Of a DNA stretch of 64,000 nucleotides, positions 47,447 to 59,953 are shown piece by piece. Each line of letters begins with the position of its first letter. Within the stretch, counting starts at the first letter, position 1. Source of the DNA: Vicugna vicugna (lineage: Eukaryota); assembly GCA_013265495.1 (NCBI GenBank), contig MU058418.1:2751491-2815490 (forward strand), written 5' to 3'. The translations under genes and the position numbers were made by a program. The notes beneath the pieces are model-generated. The model made no database searches. It was not told where the DNA came from and saw only the letters and a program-made list of their open reading frames with translations.

Positions 47447-50116
47447 TTTTTTACTGAAAGGAACAATGAGTTATTTATAACTTTTACCTTCCTTGACAAG
47501 AGTTTCCAGGAATAGGAAAGTCATACTAATGAGGACAGGAATAGTAAAATGATGTCAAAGTGGACAGTCAACCGGGCAAAGATTTTGTTCTCATCACCCA
47601 CCTACAGGCTTCTCCAGCCCATTCCTCTCCCATAGCTCTAGACCCTTATCCCAACTCTCTACTGGACAACTTCATATGTTCATGCCTCCGATTACCAGAG
47701 CAACCTCTCTAAAATTCCCATGTAAATAGATGATAGCATCAGTGAAATCCTGGCTTTTAGAGTGAAGTTTCATCTCTTCAACGTGGCCTTCAAAGCTTCC
47801 GAGGACTGGATTCCTGCTTACCTCTCAAGCATCACCTCCAGTCCTGTCCCATTGCTCCAGGATTACAGGGCTTCATTGGATCCCGAGACCAGGGACACTC
47901 ACTCACACCACCACCCCTTTACTCATGCTGTTCCTTCAATCTAGAAATCCCTCCACCTCACTTACTGGCTAAATCAACCAATTCTTCAGGACAACGCTCG
48001 GTTGGTGGTCAGTGTCTGATCCTTGGTGACAACCGAATGAAGTTCCAGGTCCTTTCTCCAGTTTAAAAAGGGTAGAGTCAGAACCATTACTTACCACCTG
48101 TGTGATCCTGGGCAAATCATTTAACCTCTCAAAGTTTTCTCTTGACGGTAATAATAGTACCTGCCTGGTTATGAGTATTAGACATCAGTGTCTTACCAAC
48201 TTCAATATCCAGCCATTGGTGATGGATCACCTTCATGATAACTGCCATATCTGTAGATTATAATTTTATAAATATATTTTAAATGAATTTGAAATTGACT
48301 AACATTTTTAAACTAATTTGTAATATGCTTATTTTAAATTTATTGTATGCATTAAGAAGTTGCTGCCAGAAACAGAAACCTCTCTAAGCATTTCAAGAAG
48401 AGAAGGAAACAATAAAAGGGATCGTATGCTTTCAATATGGTTGGAGGTCTGGAGGAGGAGTCAGGGGTCATAGCTGGAGTATTGCTTTCTGGTCACACCA
48501 CCTAGGTTGCAGCCCAGAGATCAGGAAGCTGCTGCAGCTGTAGACACAGCTGCTGCCACCACTGCAACACAACTGCATCATGCCCAGTTATAGGAGAGGG
48601 ATTGAACTGGGAATGCTGCACAATCCCAAAAGATAATGTAGCCTATGCCGTTGACTATCTCACCTGATATCCACTGAGAGAAGACGAAATAAGGGATGAA
48701 GTGGAGGAGAGGGGGTATAAGGAACAAAAATAATCCTGGTTTTTGCAAACCCTGATTACTTTCACTGCTCTTATGATATCCTTTCATGAAAGGGGCTTTT
48801 ATTTCCTGACCCCCATCTTCCATCTATCCACGTGCCCCCCGACGTCTGCCCCAACCTGCTGCTTCCAATTCTCTTTAGTTTCTTCAAGCAACTGCAATTG
48901 GTCAATTGCTGTTGAAGCCTGGGAAGAGGTTTAACGGAGCAGATATTTGTAAGATTTGGCCCTTCATTTAATAAGTATGTGTTTTACTTGTGTCTGCTCT
49001 GTGTGAGGAAGCAGAATGAGTCAACACACACAGAGACACACGCCTTATGAGTAGTATGTATACAACACAGCAGCTACACAGATGATTAGCCAGGCAAAGA
49101 GCGCATGGGCGCGAGAACGAGAAACCCTCTGCTCCCTGCCTAATGGGAAAGCCCCTAGAAAGGATTTAGCTGCGACAAGTCTACAGCACAATTGTGAACA
49201 GCATCATCCCTGAAAGGACCTAGTTAGCTGGACTGCCCTAGAGGAGCCACTTGAGCCTAAAACCTATGAGCAAGGGCCCAGTTACAGTACTTTCTACTGC
49301 ATACACTTCTCACAAAGATCAATGGTGTTCTCATCCCCATACTCAGATAAGGAAAATGAGACTCCCAGAGAACAGGCAATCTATTTGAGATTGTCCACAC
49401 TTGAGAGTTGCAGAGTCAGATTCCAACTCAGCCCTGTCTTACTCTAAAGCTATCACTCATGACCACAACACTAGCACTGCTTGTTACAAAAAGTGTGTTT
49501 TGCAGAGTTACTGTTGAAATGACTGGAGCAGATATCTGGTAACTTTGAACCACCGGTTCCCCCAACCTCCAAACTACTGTGCAATAAGCCCTCAAAGATA
49601 CCCATTTGGCCCCTTGTTCAAGTCAAAATCTTTAAAACTTAAAGGAGGAAGCAATTGCTTCTGGGTGGCGTAACTTGGAAGACTTCCAGAGGACTGGACA
49701 TTTGATTTCAGATTTGAAGGATAAGCAAATATTGCCAGGCAAGAGGTGGGGTAGGGAAGGTGTTCAGGCGAAAACAGCCTGACTACAGACCCAGATGTAA
49801 AAGTCAGGACCTGTGTGAGGCCATAGTGTACAGCACAGCAGCAGATGGGGTCGGAGGAGGCGTGTGTTGTGCTCAGCCTGGTGCCTGGCACACAGGAAAT
49901 ACTGGGCACGTCTTCCTGAACCGCCTTGGAACGTATCGTTAAGAGCTCTGCAGTCGGATACCTGGTTGTAAATTCTACCTCCACCATTTAAAAATTGCGA
50001 GACCTCGGGCAAGACATCTCCCTGGTGTCAATGCCCCATCAAAATGGCTGAAAGTGACAGTCCTCCCTCACCGGGCAGTGGTGAGGGTCAAATGAGTTAA
50101 GCCCTCTAGACTGTTC

Positions 50117-50560
50117 TAGTCGTCGGTTCGGTTGCAAATAACAGCAAACCTAACTCAAACATGTTTAGATGAGGAAGGAGCTTTTTGAATCACAATGAGA
50201 AAAGTCCAGAGGTACAGCTAGCTGCTTGCACAGTGGAGTCTAGAGAGACAAACAATGTTGTCAGGTTTCCCTTTCTCTTTCTCCGTCTCTTCTCTCTGCT
50301 CTTCTCTGCTTCTGTGTGTCGAGTTCAATCCCAGAAGAGAGAACCCAGTCTCTCCCACACCTAGGAGTCAAATTTCAGAAAGCTGGGCGTAGAGATGGAG
50401 GAGAGTAGAATGTTTTGATTGGTTGGCCTGTGAGGAGCCGGGAATGCTCTGATTGGCTGACCTATGGCTGGGGGTGGAAGAATGTTCTGATTGGCTGAAC
50501 TGCATCACATGTTCAGTCCTCGTCAATGGCTGCCTAACAGAACCTCACGAAGTTCGGGAC
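50117..50560. mobile_element. Old MaLR-type LTR with three CCAAT boxes
   Basis: ggttgcaaataacagcaaacctaactcaaac start; ATTGG at 50418, 50452 and 50490. Confidence 0.6.
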
Positions 50561-53370
50561 ACACACCTTTTCTACAAAGGGATTCCGGCTGGACAGATAA
50601 TATTTAGAAGCTTTTAACAGCATGCCTGGCCCTTGGTAAGTGCTTAATAAAAGCTAATGCTAAGAATATAGGCCAAAACGGTCAATTAGGACCACCAGAA
50701 TGGAGTCTTGAATTCTAGGCTAAGACTATTGAGCTTTAAAGGAAAATGGGGAGCCGCTGAAGGCTTTGTCCAATGTGGTGACCAAAGTACGTTTTTGGAA
50801 GATGGGTCTGATAATAGGGTTGTGACAGAGGGTGAAATTGGTGGTAGGAAGGTCAGCCGGGAGGCTGATATAGTCCAAGCTCAGTGTTCATAATCCAAAT
50901 TAAAGCTATTATAGTAGAAACAGAATGAAGGGGATTCCCACTTAAATGACAGCGAAGGAAGAAAGGTTTTAGGAAATGGCTGCCTGGGGAGGGCACATAA
51001 GTGTGAGGAGGTAAGAAGTCACTGAAGCTTAGGTGGCTTGAAGAATGGTGGCCTGGCCACTCAGCCTCGTCTCTTTCCCCCTTCCTCTCTTCCTCTTCAC
51101 CTTCCCTCTCCACTCTCTTTCAGGAACAATGCAGATTTCTCATCTTAGACAACACAGTCTTTCTCTGGTGTATTTCACTTGCACACCCACTGAGGGATCT
51201 TCCTGCAGCAGCTTTAAAAGGATTGATTCATAAACAAATGCAGTGTGTTAAGAAAGATTCAGGAGAATGCAGTTTTCCCCTCTTACCATAAAAGAAAACA
51301 AGTAAACAAGCAGGGAATTTGTAGAATGTGAAAAATATTTGGAAAAACCTATGTCTCTTTCAAGAGCATGAAATGAGTTAAAGTTTTGGCTAGGAACTTT
51401 GAATATTATATTTGTGTTAGAAATGTAAAGAGTGTAGCAGGAGATGGACTTCACCCACTTCAGAAGAGAAGTAAAACAGGTCTGTGTGTTTGTGTGTTGG
51501 TGTGTCTGTATCTCCAGGTGCGTAAGTGAACTGAAGGAGAACCACTGACACCTTGGAGACAGCTATGTGTCAGAATAATACTAACCCAAGTAGTCAAAAA
51601 ATGAATAGCAAGTCTGAGGAAGGGAAGAGAAAGACTTCCTAGTCCTTCTTTCAAAGTGTATTTCCTGTGGGGCTGGATGTTAAGAGGAGGGTTGCATAAT
51701 AAGGTGTCTCAAAACCATCTGGAAGCAACCTGGCCCTGTTCCAGGGACCCTCTCTCACAGCACCAGCTGGCCCAGCCAGTAGCCATGATGGATTTCTTTT
51801 TTTAAGCAATGATGAAAATTTGCCCTTGTCTTTCACCTCTGTAACTTGAGTGTATTCTGAGTCTTGTGAAAACTTCAAGAGGGATTCCAATCCCCTACTC
51901 CATAATCTGGGAAGTAAAACTAAGTATAAAAACAACTGAAGAAATTATGGTGTGGTCTGTTACCTGTCTGCTACTTTCCATTTCCTTTCATAGTATAACT
52001 CCTTGAATAAAGAACCACAGAGGGATAGCAGAGCAGCCAGTTAGAAGGAGCCTATTACCCCAACAATCTGGCACAGACCTCAATAAGGCAATGACAAATG
52101 ATGTCATCCAAAAGAGGTTGAAAGGCCCCTCTGACCCAAAGTTTCTCTCAGCCAATCTGCTGCAAACAACTGACATAGCACCCTAAGTGTCCCACTTTAA
52201 GGTGAAGTCTTTTCCCCTAAGAGCACTGGCTCTCCCTTTCTTTATACCAAACACCTGCTCATCCTTCCTACTTCAGTGATGGACCTCTCCTGTGAAGCTT
52301 TTGCTGATCCCCTCTCCCAGTTCTTCATCCTCCCCTCTATCTATCTCCAGCAGGGAACTGACTGTGTGGCTAAGTACTTTTCTTCTCCAATGGCTGCCAG
52401 ACCCAAGAGGGGCCTAAGCCTAACCTTTCTGATTTTGCATCCCAGCACCGTGCCCTGTAGTTAGTGCTCAGTAGATGAAGGAATGAGTATGATGCAGCAG
52501 AAATGTGCATTAAGTGATCATGTGAAACAGGCATCTTTGCTGGTGATCTTGAACAAGAACAACTCTTTTGAGATTCAGTTTCTTCACCTGACAAGTAAGA
52601 AAAAAATCCCTCCTGTCTTTCTCACCCATTCTAGGTTTTCCATGGGACAAGTGAGATAAGGTGTTTGAAAAACCTCTTATAGGAGCAGAGCCCTGAAGAA
52701 AGGAAATCTGAGGACACACTGGTCCAGCCCAGTCATATTACAGATGATAAAACAGATCCTCAGATGTTTATCTTTTTTTTAACCAAAACTTACTATTCTT
52801 AGGTAAATTCCTGTAGGAGTCTGCTCTTGGTATCTGACCTGTAAGTAGGAACCTAATAAATTCATTTTTTCAGGAGTTACTAGTGGTTGTTCAGAGTGTG
52901 AGGGTACCTCCCCTAAAAATATCTGCATTTCACCTAACAGATTTATAGTAAAAGGATTTATTTCAGGTCTTTGAACAGACTAGTAGAGAGGTATTTTGGA
53001 TGAGACAGTTTCCAAGTCTTTCCCAATTTGCGTGATGTAAAATGCTGTCTCTCTCTATACTATGTCTTGCACTGATCACTGGAGAAAAACTACATTAATG
53101 TTGATCCCCCACAAGTGCCCCCTGCCCCAAAGTCTGAAGGATTCACCTCTTTAAAATATGAAAACTAGAAATCTCAGGCTTCTGAAGTCACAAAAGAAGT
53201 AAATATCTTCATAGAGATGGAAAAATAGTCATGACACATTGTGAAGAATCTTCAGATCGAAGTAAGGGAGTTTGAGGCCCAGCTCTCACCCTAGCAAGTC
53301 TTATGAACTTGGGTAACTCAGGCTTTTTGAGCATTCTCCCCTGCCAATATTTTAATACATGTGTAAGTGT

Positions 53371-53518
53371 ATTTTATATATATATAAAAATATATATATT
53401 TATATATTTATATTTATATATATACATATATATATTTATATTTTTATTTTTTATAATATATATATTATATATATAAATATATATATTTATATATATATAC
53501 ACACACACACATACACAT

Positions 53519-53549
<31 letters not shown>

Positions 53550-53558
53550 CACACACAT
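53371..53558. repeat. Compound (TA)n/(CA)n microsatellite
   Basis: Seen directly in the sequence. Confidence 0.95.
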
Positions 53559-53578
53559 AGATCAAAATTCAAAAGGCA

Positions 53579-54340
53579 CTGTGATTTTAAGGGAAATATA
53601 TCTTTGTGTCTCCCTCCTTGCCTTTCTTGGCACGGAGCTCCTAAAACCCTTGGAATTTTCTGAGTGACAGAAAGTGTCTTTTGTTATTTAAAACAATCCC
53701 CTTTCAACCATATCTCAGTTTATGCTACTGAGGTGATTCTTGGTGGGCCTCTGGATAGCTTCTGGATGGGGGCTGGTCTGCAGAAGACCAAGCCTTGATC
53801 AGAGGATTGGAACTTTCAGCCCCACCTCCCCAACCTTTGGGGAAGGGAGAGGGGTCAAGATAGAGTTCAGTCACCAGTGGCCAGCAATTTGATCAATCAT
53901 GCCCATGCAATGAAACCTCCATAAAAATCTCTAAACAGGGTTTTGAGAGCTTTCAGGTTGGTGAACACATCCACTGGGAGGATGGAGCATCCCAACTCCA
54001 CAGGAGCAGATGCTCTGGCACTCAGGACCCTTCTAGAACTCACCTATACGCCTCTTCATTTGGCTCTTCATTTGCATCTTTTATACTAAACCAGTAAGTG
54101 TTTTTCTGAGTTCTGTGAGCCATTCTAGCAAATTCTCAAACTTGAGGAGGGAGTCATGTGAACCCCCAATTTATAATTGGCTAATCAGAAGTACGAGTGG
54201 CCCAAGACTTGAGATTGGCATCTGAAGTGGGGGCAGCCTTGTGGGACCGAGCCCTTTAACTTGTGGGATCTGATGCTAACTCTAGGTAGATAGTATCAGA
54301 ATTGAATTTAATTGCTGGACACCCGGTTGGTGTTAGAGAA
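53579..54340 (+). mobile_element. MER21-family ERV LTR
   Basis: ggcacggagctcctaaaacccttggaatt...tcaatcatgcccatgcaatgaaacctccataaaa...tgagttctgtgagccattctagcaaat. Confidence 0.85.
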
Positions 54341-54448
54341 TTACAGTGCTATAAAGAGCAAACAGTGAAAAGTCACCTTTACAATCCCATCTTCTAGCTC
54401 CTGTTTCCCTCCGTGGGCCTAGAGACAACTGCTATTATCAATTATCTC

Positions 54449-54800
54449 GTGCTACGGGCTGAATTGTAGCCTCCCCCAAATGTATATGTTGAAGCCCTAA
54501 CACTGACCAGTGTGATAGTATCTAGAGACAGAGCCCTTGGGAGCAGCAATTAGGTTTTGCTGAGGTCATGAGAGCAGAGCCTCATACTGGGATTAGTGCC
54601 CTTATAAGAAGAGACACCAGAGAGCTTGCCCTCTCTCCACCGTCTGAGCACACAGCGAGAAGAGAGTCCTCACCAGAACCTGACCATACTGACACTCTGA
54701 TCCCAGGCTTCTGGCCTCCAGAATCGGGAGTAAATTAATTTCTGTTACTTAAGCCATCTTGTCTATGGCAGTTTATTATCACAGACTGACCTAAGATACT
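54449..54800 (+). mobile_element. MLT1A-like MaLR LTR
   Basis: tgctacgggctgaattg...tatgttgaagccctaac...gggattagtgcccttataagaagagacaccagagagcttg. Confidence 0.85.
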
Positions 54801-54839
54801 GGGGATGCATTCAGAAACATTTGATGTGTAAACAAACAT

Positions 54840-56420
54840 TTGATTCTATTAATTTTCTTTCTTTTGGACACAAATGGTTCTGTACCTTGCCATCCTCTAT
54901 CTTGAAGAATAATCCAAGCCACATCTCTTTTTTTCAATAGTTGCATATTTTTTCATTGTGTGAATATACCATAGTTCATTTAACCAAACTTCCATTGCTG
55001 AACATTTAGATTGTTTCCAGTCTTTCACAATTACAAATTATGCTATAATGAATAACTTTGCACATATGCCATTTGCACATATGAGAACTATTTGTTGGCT
55101 AAATTCCTGGGTATGATTGTTGGGTGGAAGTCTATAATCTTGATAGATATCGCCAAATTGCCCTTCATAGTCATTGTGCCAGTTAACACTCCATTCAGTA
55201 TGTATAATAGTGTTTATTTTTCCCTCACATTCATCTACACAGTATGTTAGCAAAGTTAGGAGATTTGCCATATTGATATATAAAATGTTAATTCTAATAA
55301 TGTAAAATCTGGGTGGTTGGTTTCCCCCCTCTTCATTTTTGTAATTATCCTGGCTCTTCTTCCCCATTTATTTTTCATATTAACTTGAGAGACATCTTAA
55401 TTGGTCTCAAAAAAATTTCCTTACGGTACTTGTACTGAGTTTGCCTTAAAGTTAGGAGAGTTGACATGACTATAGAGTTGAGTCTTTTTCCTCAAAAGCA
55501 GAATGTGCCTTTCTATTTGTCCATTCTCTGTCATATCCCTCAGTAGTGTTTTAAGTTTTTCTTTAATTATAACTATCATATTTCCTTTAAGTTTAATTTA
55601 CTTTGTCAGCTACAATATGAATAGGATCTTCTGTTACAACCTCTAATTGATTATTGTTTTTTATTTAAAAGACTATTTATTTCTGTTGGGTTTTGGGGGG
55701 TTTGGTTTCGGTTTTTACCAAGCTAAATTACTTCCCATATTGTTTGACATCATTTTTCAGGTGACTCTTTTAAACTTTCTAGGTATAGCATTACATCATC
55801 CACAAATAGTGATCATATTAGCTCTTTTTTTTAAATGTATACCTCTAGTTTCTCTCTTTTGTCTAATTGAATTAGCTAGTACCTGCAGAATAATGTTAAA
55901 TAATCGTAGTATTACTAGACATCCTTGCCTTGTTTCTAATTTTAATGGAAATGTATATTGTTTCTCCATGAAGCTCAATGCTGGCTTTTAGGCTGAGATG
56001 AACATATTAAATCATTTTAAGAAAGTATCCACCTATTGCTAGTTTACTGCATCTTTACCAAGAATGGATATTGAATTTTATCAAGTGCCCTTTTAGTACC
56101 TGTTGGAAAGATACTATTAATGTTCTCCTATCATAATAATAGATTTCCTAATATTAAGTAGTCCATACATTCTTGGAATTCCTCATTGATAGTGTTATTC
56201 TTTTAATGTATTATTAAAGTCTGTTTGCTAATATTGATGTTGGATCGTGTATTGATATTTCTAAGTGAAATTGCTCTATGGTTTTCTGTGCAATAATTGT
56301 TGCATATTTTTAATCGATATTATCTTGGCTTCATTTAAATAATTTAGATGCTTTATTTCTCTTTCTATACTCTGGAACAGTTTAAATAGCATTAGAGTCA
56401 TCTATATCTTTTATAAATTC
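54840..56420 (-). mobile_element. Old L1 fragments
   Basis: Reverse frame FPLKLETRQGCLVILRLFNIILQVLANSIRQKRE (ORF2 RT region) plus 3' UTR-type text. Confidence 0.85.
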
Positions 56421-56875
56421 CCTCTCTCTTTTTTGATTCCTTGCTGTAACAACTTTTCCAGTTAATCAACCATCTACTGGTCATAACTGCCTCAGAAAAA
56501 ATATTTTTATTATTTCAAAGTTTTGTAAGTATACATTACCATCATAAACCCAAGGATATTAAAATATCATTAAAATGAGAAATAGCCATAGAAATGTGCA
56601 AATGTCTATGCTAAATTTTTCAATACAGTTTTACTTATAACAGAAGCAAAAGAGGAAGTAACTAAAGGCTAAATGTTCACAGGGTACTAGTTAAATTATG
56701 GTGTTTTCTATAAAACAAAATACTTTATTTCAAATGATTTCACTTTCCAAATATTCATGTTTGTGTTTGTTTAAACATCACAAAATATCTATTGAATAAA
56801 GTGAAGTTAGGTTTTTTTAAAAAAATATTCTGCAGCTATTGAAAATTATGTTTTGGTATGGGAAAATAAGACTTT

Positions 56876-58545
56876 CTATTTTTTATTAACATATAGTTGA
56901 TTTACAACATTGTGTTAGCTTCAGATGTACAGCATAGTGATTTTTTTTTTGCTGAATGTATTCCATTATAGCTTATTACAAGATATTAAATATAATTCCC
57001 TGTGCTATAGAGTAAATCTTTGTTGCTTATCTATTTTATGTACAGTAGTTTGTATCTGTTAACTCCATACCCCTAATTTGTTCCTCCCCTCCTCCCTCTT
57101 CCCTTTGGTAACTGTAATTTTGTTTTCTGTATCTGTGAGTCTGTTTCTGTTTTACAAACACATTCATTTGTATTTTTTTTTAGATTCTACATGTAAGTGA
57201 TAGCATATATTATTTGTATTTGTCTTTGACTTCTTTCAGTAAGCATAATATTCTCTAGGTCCATCCATGTTGCTGCAAATGGTAGTATTTCATTCTTTTT
57301 TGTAATTGAGTAATATTCCATTGTCTTCTTAAGTCAATCGACTGTTGTTGGGCACTTGGGTTGCTTCCATGTTTTGGCTATTGTAAATAGTGCTGCTATG
57401 AACATTGGGATGCATGTACCTTTTTGAATTAATGTTTTCATTTTTTTCAAATATATTCCCAGGAGTGGAATTGCTGGATCATATGGTAGTTTTATTTTTA
57501 GTTTTTTGAGGAACCTACATACTGTTTTCCATAGTGGCTGTACCACTTTGCATTCCCACCAACAGTGTAGGAGAGTTCCCTTTTCTCCACACCCTCTCCA
57601 GCATTTTTTTTTAATTGAAGTATAGTTGATTTACAATGTTGTGTTAGTTTCAGGTATATAGCAAAGTGATTCAGTTATATATGTACATATACATATATAC
57701 ATATATACATATATATATATATGTATATATATATGTATATATGTTTCTTTTCGGATAATTTTCCATCCAGCACTTATTATTTGTAGACTTTTTGATGATA
57801 GCCATTCTGACCAATGTGAGGTGACACCTCACTGTAGTTTTGATTTGTATTTCTCTAATAATTAGTGATGCTAAGCATCTTTTCATGTTCCACTGGCCAT
57901 CTGTATGTCTTCTTTGAAAAAAATGTCTATTTAGGTCTTCTGCCTATTTTTTGGTTGGGTTGTTTGTCTTTTCAATATTGAGTTGTATGAGCCATTTGTA
58001 TACTTTGGATATTAACCCCTTGTCAGTTGCATCATTTATGAATATTTTCTCCCATTCCATAGGTTATCTTTTTGTTTTGTTGATGGTTTCTTTTGCTATG
58101 CAAAAGCTTTTAAGTTTTATTAGATCCCATTTGTTTATTTTTGCCTTTATTTCTTTTGCCTTGGGAAACTGATCTTTAAAAAATCACTATAATTTATATC
58201 AGAGAATGTTTTGCCTATGTTCTTTTCTAGGAGTTTTATGGTATTTTGTCTTACACCTAGTGCTTTAAATCATTTTTAGTTTATTTTTGTATACGGTGTG
58301 AGGTTCTAATTTTATTGATTTACGTGAAGCTATCCAGCTTTCCCAGCACCAATTGTTGAAGAGATTGTCTTTTCTCCATTGTATATTCTTGCATCCTTCA
58401 CTGTAGATTAATTGAGGTTTATTTCTGGACTCTCTGTTCTGTTCCATTGATCTATTTACCTGTTTGTGTGCCAATACCATGCTATTTTGATTTCTGTAGC
58501 TTTGTAGAAGGAGTGTGCCTCTAGCTTTGTTCTTTTTTCTCAGGA
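56876..58545 (-). mobile_element. Younger L1 3' portion (ORF2 C-terminus and 3' UTR)
   Basis: [31 protein letters not shown] and MKRCLASLIIREIQIKTTVRCHLT. Confidence 0.93.
57604..57765 (-). mobile_element. Short L1 3' terminus nested in the L1, with TA-rich microsatellite
   Basis: T9-aattgaagtatagttgatttacaatgtt..., flanked by tccagca at 57597-57603 and 57766-57772. Confidence 0.8.
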
Positions 58546-59293
58546 TAGGACTTTGTTTTTTATACATTCTTGATTGTCTAAAGCTTTTACACTAAGAAAT
58601 TATAACCTTTATAATCAATAATATACCATTTTAAAATGAAAATTAGAATGATGGGGTGGTTGTATATTCATTTACATGGAAAGATGTTCACAATACATGG
58701 TGATGCATGTTTCAGAGCAACATGATCTCATTTTTCTAATTTGTGTTTCTGTAGTTATGGAAAGAACTTTGGAAGTGGTTTTCTTGGGCTAATTGAATTT
58801 TGGATGTTTTTAATTTTTGATTTACATTTATCTCCCAGTTTTTTAGGGTGATTATGAATTATTTAAATGAATGGCTGGATGGCTGGGTAGAGAGATAAAT
58901 GGATGTTATTGATAAAATGCCATGTTTGGAGATTAAACAAGAATCTTTATATAATTAACTGGATGAAAGGTCAAAATTGCAATGGCTCCTGTCTACTCAA
59001 ATAAGAAGTCTCCTAGTACAAACCACTCATGAAAAGAAGTCCCCCTCCATACTTCAGGACAGGGATTGGAAATTGTGTACCCACCATCTCACTGGGCTGT
59101 CTAGTACCATAGCTTTGAGTATCCTGGCCTGAGTTGAGGGTGGTGGGGTGGCAGGGAGGCAGGTGGTGCAAGAAGAGAAGAGGTGTCTTTCAGGCCAACA
59201 ATATGTAGACCTCATCCTTCATGATGACTACAGACCTTAAATGTCCTCCACCCTTCAAGAGAAGGGTCAACTAAATGGGTAAATGCTGTAAAC

Positions 59294-59452
59294 CAGTGAT
59301 TCTCTAAGTTGGGTCCCAGGCTAGCAGCATCAGCATCACCTGGGAACTTGTTAGAAATACACCCTCTCAGGCCCCACCCTAGGCTAGCTGAACCGTAAGC
59401 TCTGGGAGTGGGACCCAGCAATCTGTGTTTAATAAGCCCCCAGGTGGTTCTG
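59294..59452. mobile_element. MER5A hAT-Charlie MITE
   Basis: cagtgattctc...agcagcatcagcatcacctgggaacttgttagaaat...ctcaggccccacc...cccagcaatctgtgttt. Confidence 0.88.
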
Positions 59453-59815
59453 AGGTCTTCCAGCCACTTCTATAAATATTCCCACTCCAAGATGATTTCT
59501 GAGCTGGGGTGGTGTAACTGCTAAGGGGGAAGAAAAGTCTCTTCCCTTCTAAGAAATCTTAGAAAACATGACTTTTCCCAGAAAATTTTCAGAAAAGTTT
59601 AAAATCTACACATTCACAGTAAGTTGAAGAAGATTCCTGAGTTTCAAGGAACTATTTCCCATGTTAATCAAAACTCTTAAAAAAAAAAAAGACTTTTAAC
59701 ATTTGTCTGAGAATATATAAGGGTGGGATCCTAGAATAACAATGTCACAGCTGCTTGGACCTCATAGATCATTCTGGATCGACCCCTGGTTTTCACAAAT
59801 GAAGATGCTGTTCTG

Positions 59816-59953
59816 GGGGAGGGTATAGCTCAAGTGGTAAATTGCATGTCTAGCATGCACGAGGTCCTGGGTTCAATCCCTAGTACCTCCATGAAAAATA
59901 GTATAAATAAGTAAACCTAATTACCTCACCCTGCAAAAAAAACAAAAAAAAAT
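59816..59953 (+). mobile_element. Vic-1-type SINE
   Basis: ggggagggtatagctcaagtgg...gggttcaatccc head, polyA tail, TSD gatgctgttctg at 59804-59815 and 59954-59965. Confidence 0.92.

Noticed and set aside
53359..53667. Ile/Tyr-repeat ORFs
   Set aside because: Translation of the (TA)n/(CA)n microsatellite.
59816..59890. tRNA-Ala-like sequences here and at 28728, 32492, 32636 and 34160
   Set aside because: Each has degenerate stems, a shared AT-rich/polyA tail and TSDs, so they are SINE heads rather than tRNA genes.
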